DNA of 62,305 bases, filler included, from Platydemus manokwari (GCA_037951405.1; 5 parts of 5 records of this genome joined end to end with filler, not necessarily neighbours in it), one strand, 5' to 3'. Counted from the first letter of the whole stretch, positions 28,951-43,807 are shown. Made by a program: numbers and translations. Notes: generated by a model from the sequence alone, not told the origin.

Positions 28951-31900
28951 CCATACAAACCCATAAGAAAATCAATGAACAAAGATTAAAAATAAAATTT
29001 GGAAGATTAAGAGGAAAAATGATAATGTTAAGATTAAAGACAATATGTAAGCACAAATCAACAGTGCCGAAGAATATTAACAGTAGCTCTACTAAATCGA
29101 CCGGAAATATCGCCTTTGAAATTTGTATTTTGTCAACTCAATCTACAAGATGAATGACTTTTAACAATGACTATTAATCCTGAGTGAATATTCCTGATAT
29201 ATGATCATTATTCTTTATTTTGATTTACTATATGACTTACTGTTATATATTTATATTATTCTTAACATCGTTAACAGTAACTTGTTAATAAATTCATGGG
29301 GATGAATAATATGAAATATAAATCCGGAATATTAAATAATATCAAACATGTTTATAGTATATTAGATTAAACATAAAATATAAAAATAGATGATGCGTAA
29401 GTAATCAATAATATATCGATAATTTATCTAATAATATACCTCTATATTACACTGTTAAATCTATAATAAATGATCGATAAAAAATATTTTTATACTGAAA
29501 TAATTTATAAAAAAATATCTACATTTAAAAATAATAACAATACCATAAGAATAATATGTTTGATTTAGCTGCTCAATGAAAATAACAAAATTTATAGAAA
29601 ATATTTGTTTAAATTTTGCTTTTAAATACATCAACCGTTAAATCAGAAGCAGATGGATAAATAAAATCGATTTTATAACAATGCACAATTAATTTAATTA
29701 CATTAATTAATGAAAAATGACTTAAAATAAAATCAAGAAAGTTTAACTGCAGTGTAAACATTTGTCAAGATCGGCACAACTTTTGGAGAGAAAAACCGGA
29801 TTCGAGACAGAGATCAAGTGACAAATAAATTGTGAATCACCGTATATTATAGAATTTGTAACGAAGCATGATTTCAGTATTTAGAGAATTTGGCTTTGAA
29901 TAAAAAGGACTTTTGTGTCTGGACAAGAAAAGTTTTGATATTATTTATCGATATTTATACGTAAAAGTTCAAGTTTCGAGGCTTAAGTTAAACATATATG
30001 TTAAAGATGTATATTTCTTAAGAGCAACTTTTATGCGAGAGCATTATCTTTATGCATTATCTTGTTTTAAATTTGTAAGTAGCCAAAAAGCAAAAAAAAC
30101 CAAGATATTCAGCGGAATTAACAATGTATAGATTAGTAATATACTCGGACAGTGTCTATTAAATATCAGCTAACAGTAAACGAAAGCTACAAAGGAAAAT
30201 CGAGGTGACAACTATGAGGTGAACTGAAAATACTTTGAGAAACTGAAAAGTACGACATTGAGACTAAGAGAAAGATTGAGAAGATGAAAATTCAGGAATT
30301 TGTAGAGACTGGAGCTGCCTAACAAGAGCTACTCCAAATCCAAACTAGCCTTATAATAAATTTCAAATACAATCCAATTTGTTATCTGACTATTTTATCT
30401 AATAATTTACGTTTCACTTTTCTGAAAAATATTTGACTTTCTTGACTGATAATATGACAATTTCGACATTTATTTGATAATTAATCTGATTATTTGATAA
30501 TTGATTTTGTGAATTACGATTTAAATATTTTGAAAATTGCAATTTGTATATTTCGATGATTTTGTAAGTAGTATAAGTCTTGTAAAATATATATTTATTA
30601 TTTATAAAATAAGTTGTTGAGAATTAAATTTTTTAAAATAAAATCAATGGTGATCAATAAAATTGTTAAGTTTAGAACTACTTTAATTTAACGGCTCGGT
30701 CTTATTCTCCTAATCTAACTCCTACTCAAATTCTGGCGCACACTAAGTAAAAAAATAAGTCTTTCTGACTAAGTTATATTTTTATTACACTTTACATAAA
30801 AAATAACGTTGAGAGGACACCGATACTTCTTCTGAATACCTCAGTTCAGAATCTACTCCTGGCTAATATCACACTCAAATACACTGCTGTACGAATTAGC
30901 GTACAGTTAATACCAAAAACACCTTCTACAATACTTTTAATCCCGTACAACTACACTTGTTACAGAGCTACCTACTTTACCAAAAAACATCTAACCTTTT
31001 GAAGTCTCTGGTTGAATTGACGAAAATTAAGAGTTAGCTCTCTCTTTATATTTTTATTTTCACCATACACATTCCTTCTGTGTGCATCCTGTTGCTCATA
31101 CTTGTTCATGAACCTTCTATTTATTTAGTTTAATTACCGGAAATAGACGGCAATTGTTATTGTTAACTCCAAATTACCATATTTGCACTATTTCGTCAAA
31201 CTTACAAATTAATATTTAATTTAACTTTTTAAATATTTTATTTTTAATGTTACGTTTTAATTAATAGTAATTTAATTCTATTCTGTGTAATTATCATTTC
31301 ATTTTATTTTGTATAATTATCTTTTGGTTAATATTACTTAGTATCAAATTTGCATTTACTTGTTTTCACTTTATTTTATTTTTTCTTTGATTTGATTTAT
31401 TTTATGTTTTTTTATTTTTGAACTCATCAAAATTGATAAAAACAATTAAGTCAGACGATGATACAAAGTGCTGACAATATTTTAAAATCAGCTTACATTA
31501 ATAAGAAAACGATTTACGGTACAAGGTACCGAAAAATAAATAAAACTTAGACAAAATTATGTTAATCTTTGGATCCAAAGTACAAAAATAAAATAACCAT
31601 ATAAAATTCGCTCAGTTAAAAACTAGTGAACCTTTGGCCATCAGTAAAACTGTTGCAAATTTGGTAGAAAATTATAAAATTGATATTTGGAAAAATATTT
31701 AAAAAATTATCTATAATTTTAAATCGCCAAAGAAGGGAATAACCTTTAAATAATCGTTTTATAACTACATAAATAATTAGCCACAAGAATCTGCCATTAT
31801 AAAATCATTAAGGTGCAGTTTAGTTCCTGCTACCTCAGCCAGACAACTTTTAGTATTAATATACGAAGACAGTATTCGGTCTCATATTCAGGCATTACTC

Positions 31901-31998
31901 GCGAATATTAATCGTATTCAATCGGATTATACATTTTATTTTCAATTATCGTATTTTTAATTTCGTTTAATTCCCCGGCTGAGTTGCAAATTTCTAAA

Positions 31999-32214
31999 TC
32001 ATTTTTCCACAAAGTTGAAAAGGAATTTACCGAAACCTAAACTCAACTTCCATTGTTTTATCCCGGAAGTAGGGCGGCATTTAGTCATCTCTATCGATGT
32101 TTCAATTGCCTTCATGTCACAAAACTTCTTTTCTTTAATATTCTCAATTATCAATTTGCAAATTTGTTGTAGAGTGAATATGGTTATTATATTGTTAATC
32201 GTTTTGTATATCAA
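31999..32214 (-). pseudogene. Possible highly degenerate non-LTR retrotransposon RT fragment
   Basis: TINNIITIFTLQQI...FCDMKAIETSI loosely resembles the LINE RT STIDxIFTLRQI...FxDxxKAFDSV motif. Confidence 0.25.
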
Positions 32215-33946
32215 AATTATAAGAAATAAAATGCGACTATTAAAAACACTTTTAGGTCAAAACTAAATCCACTAAATCGAGAAAAGAACACAATTAAGAA
32301 ATCAACACAATATGTTCCAACGAATCAATCCAAGTTGTTGTTCAGTTCGAAATAATATTTGTATTCAAGTCAAATTTGTATTCGAATTGAAAGGGTTACT
32401 TTGAAGTTTAGGAAACGATTCTTTTTAGATGTTTTTATCACGTACGTGACAATTAATCTTTAATTATTTAATTTAAGAGTATTATCAAAACTATTGATGT
32501 CCTTAATTTACCATCAATACAATAACATTTTGTAACTAGCCAAATGCTATTTTCAATAACCAGGCAAGTGTTGAATGAATCTGATCTCACAAGATAATTA
32601 TTATTGTCAATACTGCAACCGACCTTCAATGTCAACATAGTCTATCTATAGATTGTTTAAAGATAAAAAATCAGTTAAATTCCAGCATTGATTTCAGAAT
32701 ATCAAGTCATGGCAAATGATTCATTGAATAAGCCGTAGTGTCGAAACATTAAATTTTTTTATTATTGTAGATGTTTTTCAAATTAGATTGTGCAATTGTC
32801 GAACTTATATAAATTAACTTTCGAAAACAGAATTCTATCTTACTCCTCTGAAACATAAAATATTTCGGATATTCAAAAATTATATCAACATCGATTCATT
32901 TCTAAGTTTTTACATAATTTGAAATAATTTTTTTCATAAAAAATATTAGGTATTTTTTTACAATATTCATGCCTAAATTTATAGAAGAAAAACAAAAATA
33001 AACAGTGGAAAATAGATCGATTATAATTAAAAGATAATGAGCTTCTATGGCATCAGTTCTAGGTAATACATAAGTGATGAAAGATAGGAGATTCATTTCC
33101 CCCCATTTGAAATATCAACTTGCTCCAGCATGAAATTAAGTTTTGTAATTTTTTTGAATGTAATATTCGATTGCATCCCATTACAACTTTTTGCTAGGCT
33201 GGTATATGAGATTCCATTGTCAACAGAAACATTGCCCATCTTTTTCTTCTGGCTGAATATTAGATTTCGTTCTTGTACGTCGACTTCAAGCTCTTTTTTC
33301 AGAACACTATTTTAAGTTCATAAGAAAATATTGTTTCACAAAATTCAATTCCTACTCTTTCCAATGTAACACCAGATTGGCGACGAGTTCCGGTATTCTG
33401 TCCTCGCCGAAAGTTGAAAAAGCTACAACCAAATCGCCTTTCGAATTGTCAAAATTAAAAACCACCAGTTGATCGGATCCTTTCGTAACTTTGAGAGATT
33501 TGATCTAAATGAAACGAATAAGGTTTCCGGTAAATATTATGAAGTTAAAAATAATAAACCAATTAATTAAAACAAATTGATCGACAAAATCGGTTAGAAG
33601 CTGCCACTAAAATTTTGTAAAGCTAGCATTATTTCCTTGCGATTTGCTTAAGTACCTCTAATCGATTGCATTTAGTTTCCTAATCAGCAATTTCTAACCA
33701 CAATCACTTATTCTGCATCTCACAATATCAAAGTGATCTTCACAATTACACGGTTTCTAATAATTTTCCTTCGAAAATATTTTAAAATTAATTTTGACAT
33801 CGTGTTAGTAGAGTTCATTTTCCAGGCACATTAAGTTTATCATTTTAAATTTCCAGAAAATAAAATGATATTGCTTAATCAGTGCTGCTTAATCAAATTA
33901 AGATATTATCATTACAAACAGTTATTTCCAGATCTAATTAACAATA

Positions 33947-34046
33947 NNNNNNNNNNNNNNNNNNNNNNNNNNNNNNNNNNNNNNNNNNNNTTAATTAATT
34001 AANNNNNNNNNNNNNNNNNNNNNNNNNNNNNNNNNNNNNNNNNNNN
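33947..34046. other. Artificial scaffolding linker N44-TTAATTAATTAA-N44
   Basis: Same 100-nt linker. Confidence 0.97.
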
Positions 34047-34699
34047 CGACATTATATGCAAGCAATACTCCCAGCGACATCTTTTATCAAATCGAAATTT
34101 TAAGGTTATACACCCAATATAATGAGATTCGGGTGAGTTATTTTACAATTGGAATTTACAGCTTCGATAAATGATATGTCTGTGGTTTCAATTTGAAATT
34201 GTCAAGGTGATACTGATTTGGAATCAAAATGCAATCACAGTATGTGTCACAACAAATTGTATAGTGTTGGTTCGAATATACCAATGAGCAAATTGCAGAA
34301 TGATAGATTTAATGTTTTAACCGGTATTGATAATCAGAAAAGTCAATGAAAGCGGTGACCTGAAATTGTCAAAGAAACACAGTGGTAAATGATCTCAATA
34401 ATGATGTAATAAAATAACAGAAGATTAACATAAATTATTTTAACGATTATTTACTGATATTTGCCATTTGTGTTTCTAAAAATAAAACATTTTTTAATGA
34501 AGATCAGATTATATAAAATAAATAGTTGGGTTCATTGTTCTCAATTTATGAAATTATTTCTTTGGGAACCTTTGAATCAATATCATAATTTGAAACAGTC
34601 TGATCTATTTGTTGTAAATATTTTTCACGAATATGACAAATAAAACATGTTTTAATAACAGTTTATTGATTATGAATCAATATTGTTTTTCAAATTTAG

Positions 34700-37600
34700 G
34701 ACACATCAGTTCGTGAAGAAAAAAATTACCCGCATTCTATTCAAGCCTCTGAATCAGTAAAAATGAATCGAGATTATTTTCGTTATCGAGCTATTAAAAA
34801 GCAAAAAATGATTGAGAAAAAGAGAATAATCGATGATAATCTTAAAAAGTCCGCAGTTTTCCTTTATCGAAATTATCACACCGGTAAATTACCAAACATT
34901 CAATTACAAAATTGTTCATTCATAGCACCTTTGCAAATGTTGGCTCAAATGGATGACAATTTTTCGAAGCAGTTATTCTATAATCTTTATAACAGTATAT
35001 TATCGGTAAGGATTTTACCTTTATATCTGAATCAATATGGTTTTATTGTATTTTGCATTGTATCTATTAGCTCCTTCTTTTTGATAATGAAATAATTGTT
35101 AACTCCAAAAATCGAAGATTGTAAGCTTAATTTCCAACGACTGACAAAATAACACAAATTTACAATTATATCTTGTCTTTCAACTTACATAGGTATTTAT
35201 ACTCGAGATCTGTGTGTAATTTTTTGTGTCATGTTTGTATCAGATTTTGATTTGATCCTTATTTTCTCATTTTTCTATTGGGCATTTATATTAAGTTTTT
35301 GTCTGTGCATTATTGGACAATCCCTATATGTCTGTTGCTATGTGGCTATGTTCCTTTTTCAAATTCTCGTGTTCCATCTAACTCAGCTGTGGTTGATGGA
35401 CTGCTATACCTGTATGTTTGTATATGCATGCAAATGCTCAAAGTGCTAAAACAAGGGTTTTGAAGTACAAATCCGTTTTTATTTTGCAATATTTCGTCTC
35501 ACTTTATTAGTAGCATTAGTTCTTCAAGGATTTCATTGAATTCATTTCCAATTATGCAATGCTATATATAATCATTATATATTTTCTGACCTTATAATAT
35601 TATTATTGTCGGTATCTTGCTTACCAAATCCTATTTTTTCAAATAGCACATTTATCAGATGAAACAAAAACACCTCATTTGTTTTATTTCCTTGAAATAC
35701 TTAAATACTCTCGAATGATTGTATCAAACTTGTTTCCAAGAATTCAATCATCTTATGAAATATCTTTTCTCAGTATCATCACTCACGCCCCAACACAAAA
35801 TCGCAAATTTATTTAAATTATTGAGATTTTTTGGTTTTATTCGAACAGAGTGGTAAAGGTTATCTTTGTGCATTTCAATTGTGCATTTTTGATCAATAAT
35901 ATCATTTTTTCAAAATTATTCTGTCCTATAAGATTATAGCTAAGAGTGTATGTTGAGTGAGACGAAATCTTGCAAAAGAAAAACAGATTTGCACCTTGGA
36001 ACCCTTGTTTTAGTACTTTAAGCACTTGCATGCTTACACAATAATACAGGTAAAGCAATCAAACGACCACAGCAGCGCTATATGGTAAACGACAATTGGA
36101 AAAAGGGACATATTCACACACCGATCCCACATTTACAAAAACCGATAAGTCCAATAGAAACGTGAGAAATACAAGCATGATAAAAAATTGCGCACATGTC
36201 TCGAGTATAAATATTGATGTAAAAATGACCAATTGCTATTTGGAAACCAAGCTCTGGTTTCGTTTCTTGACATTGTATTGAGTTTTAGAGCGGTACTGAG
36301 ATGTACATGTGCCAGTCGAAAACTAAGTTTTGCTTGTATTTTTATGTTACTCTGAGAGTCGTGCTGATTAGTGCATGATTAAAAAATAAAGCTTGCAACC
36401 TTCAATTTTTGGAGTAAGCAATTATTTGGTTATTCAGAATTTAATTCCCAAGATGTAGAAAATATTGATAAATCTGTGGATAATGTTTTGAAGGAAAATT
36501 TTTTATCTTTTTAAAACCATTGAACGCCATGACATAGTTAAGTCAGAACAATATCCAATTTCATTACAGAAATTTGGTAACATTGTCTTACTGATGAATT
36601 GGCTGTTTTCATTTCATTAAAATCAAGAGAACAATATGAAGTAGTAAGACATTTATGTGTCTGCAATATTTACTGCAAAAACATTGGAAATGATAACATT
36701 TTATTATTAATATGTTATTAATATTTATTGGGATTATCGTGATGATGATGTTGATGAAGTTAATGTTTATGTTTGAGACTATTGGGAAAGAATTATGCTT
36801 TGTTGTTATGGTTACGATTGTCTTTTGAACTTGAATTAAATAAGAAATAAATAAAATAAAAATTTATCATATTTATTTGATGTTTCTCTATTATTTATGA
36901 TTGAGCTTTATGTTGCTTATCTTTTTACCTTTACAGGAAAGTTCGTTAACTGTCAATCATGATGTATTCAAAAGTTATTGCAGCAAAATATCATGCAGTT
37001 TCAATAATATATTGCGTACGTGTAATGTCAATGATAAAAATCTTGTCGCTTGTTGTCTTGAAGTTGCTATTGAGAATGATTTAACCATATCAGTAACACC
37101 TGAGTTAGTTTACAATGCTAGCCAATTAACTGGCAATCAAGCTGTCGCGACGATCCTGTTGGAAAAATATCTTAAATCCGAACTTGTTAATCATGAATTC
37201 TCAAATCAAGAACCGCCTAAGAAAAAGCTGAAAATTTCTGATTCCAATATGAAAGTCAATATCGTTTCTTTGCTAATGAAACTTTATAAACATCTTAATT
37301 TGAATGAAGAAATCATTGGACTCTTAAATAATGATTTATTGTCTGCCGATACTAGTGTGATTAATACGTTTAGACAAGCATTGGAAGCGGATTGCATCGG
37401 GAATTATGATATTTCTCTTAAACTTTATAACAATTTACTTACTACCCACCAGCATTTATCAGTGTGTGCAAATGAGCACAACCTTGAATATGAATTACTT
37501 GCTATTTCTCAAGATGGCTTTATAAACGCTTTGGAGAAGCTTTGCAAATGGTCAGATCTGGGATCATTTTTGAATGAATTGATCAAAGGTATTTCACATG

Positions 37601-40600
37601 AATAATATTTGGTTATCTTTGTTACGGTCATTTAGATAATCCTGATATCTACTCTAAAAACCACGTCGTTGTTCAGTCTTTAATTCATTCCAAATTGAGA
37701 ATAACTGCTTTTGATGATGATTCGTCTGAAGCGATGTCCGAATTAAACAGCATAATATCAGAATTTCAAGCAAAGTGTTCCAATTCGAAGGTATGTTTCT
37801 AGATTTCAAATATCTTTATTTTGTTTTATGTTTTTGAAACTATTGATATTTATCTATTGATATTTTTTGACAAATTCCTCATATGATAATTGGCCATGTA
37901 ATAAAAACATGCATATTTTCACGAAAGCATTCATCATGTGATAAGTGATTTTAAACTTTTTACTATTTCATAAAATATGAATTGAAACTGAATATAAGAA
38001 CTTCAACTCACCAAAGTACATTTAAAATACTCAAACTAATTATTTAAAGTTATTTTTAATCGTTTATTTTATTTAGAGTGATTAAAAATCAATTATAAAT
38101 TTAAAATCCTCATATACCCTTTTTTAAAATCTTTTGTATTGGAATCTCTGTTTTATTCGCAATTTTTATATTAAATTCCCTTTATTTATCTATATTCTCT
38201 ATATTTATATCCTCTGCCTTTATATTTAGTATACTCTTCTGACATTGTCCTTCTCAATGCATGTCAATCATGTTATTCCATAAAATACGAAAGGAAAACA
38301 AATTTAAGAATTTCAACCCACTAAAGCATATTAAATCAAGATATTTAAACAGATTATTTAAATCCCTTTTTCGGAATTCCTCATTTCTATATTTTGTGTA
38401 ATATCAGTGATTCATGGTTTTCTTTGATTTATTTATCATTTTACTTGTCTCTAACGTTGATGAATTTCCTGAAGAATTTATTTAAATATGAAGCCTTTAT
38501 TGTTTTAAAATCGAAAGAAATTATTTTAAAAAATGGATGAAATAATATCTATATATTATCATTATTTACAAAGGTTAAAAGATTTTCATCAAACTAGTGG
38601 CCTGTCGTTACTATTCCGACAAGGAGGAGGAATTTGTATTGGAATTATATTTTTCTGTCTCACCGAATTTATTCATTATCATCATTAAAATATTTTCTGT
38701 TATCTTGACAAAAATAAGTTCAAATAATATTTATTTCAGTTGCTAATACCAATGGAAATGGGTCTTTTCCATATTTGTCAAGAAGACTATGAAAAAGCGC
38801 AAAACTTTTGTGACATTGCTTACAATAATGTTTTGCTTAGTTCTCGTGATTATTCGATATCTGAACAAACCAATATAAATATGGTTCAATCTCTTCAATT
38901 GTTATATGAAATGACCGAGTTCCTTCAAATAGGTATTCATTACCAATTTTGATCTTTCAAACTATAATTTTTATAAACTTTCAGTTAAAAGGATTGAAAA
39001 TTTTAATACCGACTTTCTCAAAAAATGGGACAAACGGTTTGCTGATCCGGAAAAGGATTCATTGGAATTTTGGGAAAAGTTATTATTTCATAGAACTTGT
39101 TATTTGGAGAAATTGAAAATATTAGTACCATCATTTTCACAGAATATCAACGATAATTTATTTCATCTCAAACTTCAATTTATAGACGCTTGTATTTGTC
39201 AGAATAGATCTATTCCTGCGATGAATTATTTACGTTCGTGTCGAAAAATTTCATACCAACGAGGCAACGAATCAAAACTTGCTTGGATATTAAAATATTC
39301 ACAAGTTCATCTAAAATTATCCAATTGCCATGGAAACTCAATGTTAGCAGATGATGTTGAAAAGATCGTTAAAGGAATTTCGAAATCTATTTCGCTTTTA
39401 ACGAAATTTAACGTTACTGGTGAAATTCCATTGTCTATGAAATGTGAATACTTTTTAAGTCTTGGAGAATGTTATTGGTCTATTTCAAATATTCTTCAAT
39501 CTAATTGGGATATATTGGCTAATAGCAATACCCTCAACACTATATTGGAGGTTTTATCCATAATGAACATTTAATATAATCCTTGTTTTGATAATTTTCA
39601 GTTTGTTCATCTGAATGACAATATATCCAGACTCGATATAAATGCCAAATTATCAAAAAAGGCATTTAATATTTTCCAAAAGTTTATCTCCATATATGAT
39701 GAAATGAGCTGCGATAATGATAAATTATCGCTTTCAAACATGCTGATGGTTTTATCGAACTTTTGTGACGACCAAATCGTAACATCAGAAACTGGTACTA
39801 ATATTATGCGTCTCATTTATTTCAATATAATGATTTGTAAAGGCTAATATGTTTTAATATTTTATAAGATGTTAACCATATCATCACCCTTTCATCCAAA
39901 TTTCTTATTTTCTTTGAATTTATAACGACGTTATATTTATTTTGCCCATTTATTTCTGTGTGCAAATATGAATTTATTGATTGAATTTTCTTACAAGTTT
40001 GCTGGTCAAATATTTGTTTGCATATTTGTCGAAATTATATTTTTAATATAAAGTCAAATAGTATTAACAATTGGTTAAGACCTTAAGATGTTACTCTTTC
40101 CACACATGATATAAAGAATGAGAAACCCCTTACATGGAGATCGGTCAAGTTTAGTTAATTCATTTATTTTACTTATCAAACCTTATCACTGACAAAGGAC
40201 TTAGACATCAGATTTTTCATTAAAATTAATTCATTTCTTCTTTATTTGATTTGTTTCAGTTACAGATATCGATAGTGACCCAGTGGACTCCAGTATCATT
40301 AAGAATTATATCGTATCTACTCTTTATTCCATGAAATTGGGACAATTTTCTGCCAAGAATAAATTTCCGAGATTGCTACAAATTATTGATAAATATGGAT
40401 CGAGTGATCTCGATAAGGAGACCTTGATTGAGATTGTATATTTTATTCACCGATTGAATTTTGTTTTATCATTTATATGGTTTAAGTTTACTTCTATTCC
40501 CAGCTGGATGTATTTACATTGGTTGGATCAAATGATGCCATATCTGTTTTCCAATAAGCATTCTATAGTTGAATCGATAGTATTACGGATTGCTGACGAC

Positions 40601-42458
40601 TACCCACATGCATTATTTTATGCTTTTAAATTACAAGAAATGGATATAACCAATGATTCACCAATAATCAAAAAGTAATATTTGATTTTTAATTGAGTAT
40701 TTCATCTCATAGTTTATGATTTCGACTAACTTTCTTCCACTAAGTAAAGTCTTCATTTATTCCATAGTTAAACAGGCCTCAAATCGAAATGCTTAACCAT
40801 AATCTAAATGTAAATATTGAACTCATCTCTATATCAGAATTTATTTTTCAAAATTCAAGCCAGATGTAATTGATTTATCTAGCGAATCTGATGAAAGTGA
40901 ACCTTAATGTTATCGGTGTTAATTCCCTACCAATTAATATACTGTCCTGTCATTTTCAAATACCGCCATGAGCTAAAATAGAGCATCATTCGTGAATCTA
41001 TCTGTTATCCTATAAAATATTATTTTTCGCCTTCAGTGTACTATTATTTAAATAACTCCCTTCAACTCTTTTTTTGTTCTTAAATTTTGGAAATATACTT
41101 TTGAATTCACTTAATAACTTATCATTTCTTTATTAAATTCGAGATCTGCATAATCAATAGATTTTCTTCTGTGATTGTCTTTCATTCCTGAAATCACCTT
41201 AGCTTACATCTTTGGACATAACAAAGTCAAACCTCATTATAATCTACGGTTCTTTCAAATAAAATCTTGCAGATTTGATGTTTATTTAAATTATTCTTTT
41301 TCAATTCTTTTTATTTGACTTTTTCTTTGAATCGTCATTTTAAATATTGTATAAAATGTAATTTTTAAGAATTCAAAAGACATTGTCTCGATTATATTTG
41401 GTCAATCTATTTTATACTGCTTTACATCAAATGGGTCAACCTGAAGAACATTTACAGGTGGCATATATCATTTGAATGTAATGTTTAATGAATTTTAGAA
41501 TTGGTTGGATGAAGCTTCTCTATTGTTTCGTAGTACTTACAATGAATCTGCTCTTCAAAGTATAGTTGCCAAATATCAAGATTTATATCGAAAATTTTTC
41601 GATCAATCCAATGATTCCAAATCATTTTCTAAATTGAATATCAGTAAATGTCAAATATTACGAGAGTTTCGTAATCAGGTTTAAATCAATAATTTTTATA
41701 AAATATCGATTGATATTTTCTTGATCAATCAATATTTTTAATGTGTTAGTGAAGAAACATAATTTCAAAAACATATCTTCTAGTTTCACAAACATTTGGT
41801 GGACAATTTCCTGGAGGACGGAACAAATATCTATCGTTTATCTCAAAGTCAATTTGGTGATATTGAGTTAAAGATTCGTAACGAACTGAAACAATGGAAA
41901 TCAAAAATTATCTCAATGAAAAATCTAAACCATTTTTCACCATGGCTAGCTAGTTACAATATTAGAAACCATCCTCCAATATCTGATGAAAACAATATGA
42001 ACTGGTTGGAGATTCCTGGGCAATATAATAATATCAAATCTAGACCATTCCCCCATAAACATATCAGAATATTTACCTTTGATTCAAATATTCAAGTTGA
42101 CTTTGGTGTAGCAGTAGTTTTTAATTACTTTTATTTATCCATAGATTCTACAATCGAAACAATGTCCAAAAAGAATAACAATCATAGGTGACAATGAACA
42201 GAAATATCATTTTCTTGTCAAATCAGGAGAAGATCTGAGACAGGATTATAGAATAGAACAGCTTTTCAATGTAATGAATGACATAATGTCACGTGATTAT
42301 AAATTAATGAGGAATATGAGACCTAGTACCCTTCTAGTGACTTATAACATTATACCTTTGTCCAAGCAACTGGGTCTTCTGGAATGGATTGAAAATACAG
42401 TTACTCTTAGATCGTTTTACTTTAAGGCTATAACGAAGGACGAACAGCAATCTTATGA
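34700..42458 (+). CDS. PRKDC: DNA-dependent protein kinase catalytic subunit, partial (late HEAT, FAT and kinase N-lobe). Exons include 34700-35005, 36937-37588, 37636-37790, 38740-38932, 38985-39550, ~39602-39792, ~40260-40435, ~40487-40674, ~41370-41457, ~41499-41678, ~41784-42095, 42145-42458
   Basis: LYRNYHTGKLPNIQL...FIAPLQMLAQMD...KQLF, W.KRFADPEKDSLEFWEKLL.HR, AKNKFPRLLQII, IPSWMYLHWLDQM, IADDYPHAL.YAF, LEIPGQY, PKRITIIGDNEQKYHFLVKSGEDLRQDYRIEQLF..MN and LGLLEWIENTVTL all match DNA-PKcs. The 5' exons and the DFG/FATC exons are not seen. Confidence 0.95.
35092..35505 (-). repeat. Dispersed ~420-470 bp repeat, copy 1 (inverted relative to copies 2 and 3)
   Basis: AAAACAAGGGTTTTGAAGTACAAATCCGTTTTTATTTTGCAATATTTCGTCTCACT is the approximate reverse complement of 35955-36015 and 43122-43180. 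Confidence 0.85.
35955..36424 (+). repeat. Dispersed repeat, copy 2
   Basis: GAGTGAGACGAAATCTTGCAAAAGAAAAACAGATTTGCACC...TTTTTGGAGTAAGCAATTA. Confidence 0.85.
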
Positions 42459-43114
42459 GTAAGTAGAATTTTATTGAATGATTTTCAAAATATGGAAGGT
42501 CGTTTCACCAAATGTTTTAAAGGGTTTAGATAAAAAAATATTGAGAAGAACTTAGCATACAAGAACCTCACAATAAATTGTATATATTGTATATTGGGGG
42601 TGTGTGGGTGGGTTCAAAATTTAAATTTGTGGTTCTCAAATCGGAAGCAAAGCTTCTCATTTCTCTTGCGGCCTTTTCTCAAAATTTGTTATTAAAATTA
42701 AAATACAACAAGGAACTCTGATCAACAATTGGATATTGTTTCCCTTTGTTGTTTTTATGATATTTGGTTTGAAAATAATTTATCTGAAATATACAAAGAA
42801 ACTGATAAATGTTCAAATAAAGCTTTCATTTTTGCCATATTTTCCCAAATTCAATGTAGTATTTTATTGGATTGAAAATTACTTTGAAGAAGAATAATGA
42901 CAAATATTCAATTTATCTGTCGAGATAAACACGAATTTATTGAACTTTCCACTGATTTATCTTTTAAAATTAAATTTAAAAGAAAGTCTTTCTGAATATC
43001 TTTCTGAATGAGAGTTTTCTTATTTCAATACACATAAACCTTTCCTAGCTCATTCTGTATCCGATAATATAAAATAAATGAATATTTGATTAATTGAAGC
43101 AAATCACAACTTCA

Positions 43115-43465
43115 TATTGTTGAGTAGAGATGAAATCTTGCAAAAGAAAAACGGGTTTGCACTTAAGAACCCTTGTTTAAGCACTTCAAGCATTTACATG
43201 CCTACACAATCATACAGACATGGCAATTAACCAATCACAGCTGAGTTATATGGAAAAAATAATTTGAGAAAGGGATATAGCCACACAACAACACACATAT
43301 AGGGATTGACCAATATCACATATACAAAACTGACAAGTTTAATAGAAATTTGAGAAATTAAAGATCAAATCAAAATGTGATATCAACGTAATACGAAAAT
43401 TACACACATACGCCGATGTAAAGATAGCCAACTGCTAGTTAGAATCATTTGGTTATCCAGAATTT
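43115..43465 (+). repeat. Dispersed repeat, copy 3
   Basis: GAGTAGAGATGAAATCTTGCAAAAGAAAAACGGGTTTGCAC...ATTTGGTTATCCAGAATTTA, colinear with copy 2. Confidence 0.85.
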
Positions 43466-43807
43466 AGTACCAACAATATTATGTTCGTTTATAATATAAT
43501 AAATATTTTGTAATCTAAAGAACGAAATAGACATTTGATGTGGAGATTAGTCTTGTACTTTAAATAAAATATTATCAATATCTTGTATGGATAATCAACA
43601 TAATAAATCTTGATATATATAAGTAGAATACTCCATATTCTCTCCTATCATTGATCAGTCAAACTTCGTTGAAATAAAATATTTTAGTATCAAAAGAAGT
43701 ACAGAGAATGTGACCGCCTTTATCTGCTTTAATATATTAGGTTGGTGCAAAAATAATGGCCGTTATCTAACAGCAACTTTAAAAGACTATAACTCGCTTA
43801 AAAAATA

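Noticed and set aside
33366-33390. TAACA...TGGCGACGAG PBS-like motif
   Set aside because: No recognisable gag downstream or LTR partner; insufficient support.
35278-36058. Similar LYLY..CMQ.LKVLKQGF peptides on both strands
   Set aside because: Explained by the inverted non-coding repeat.
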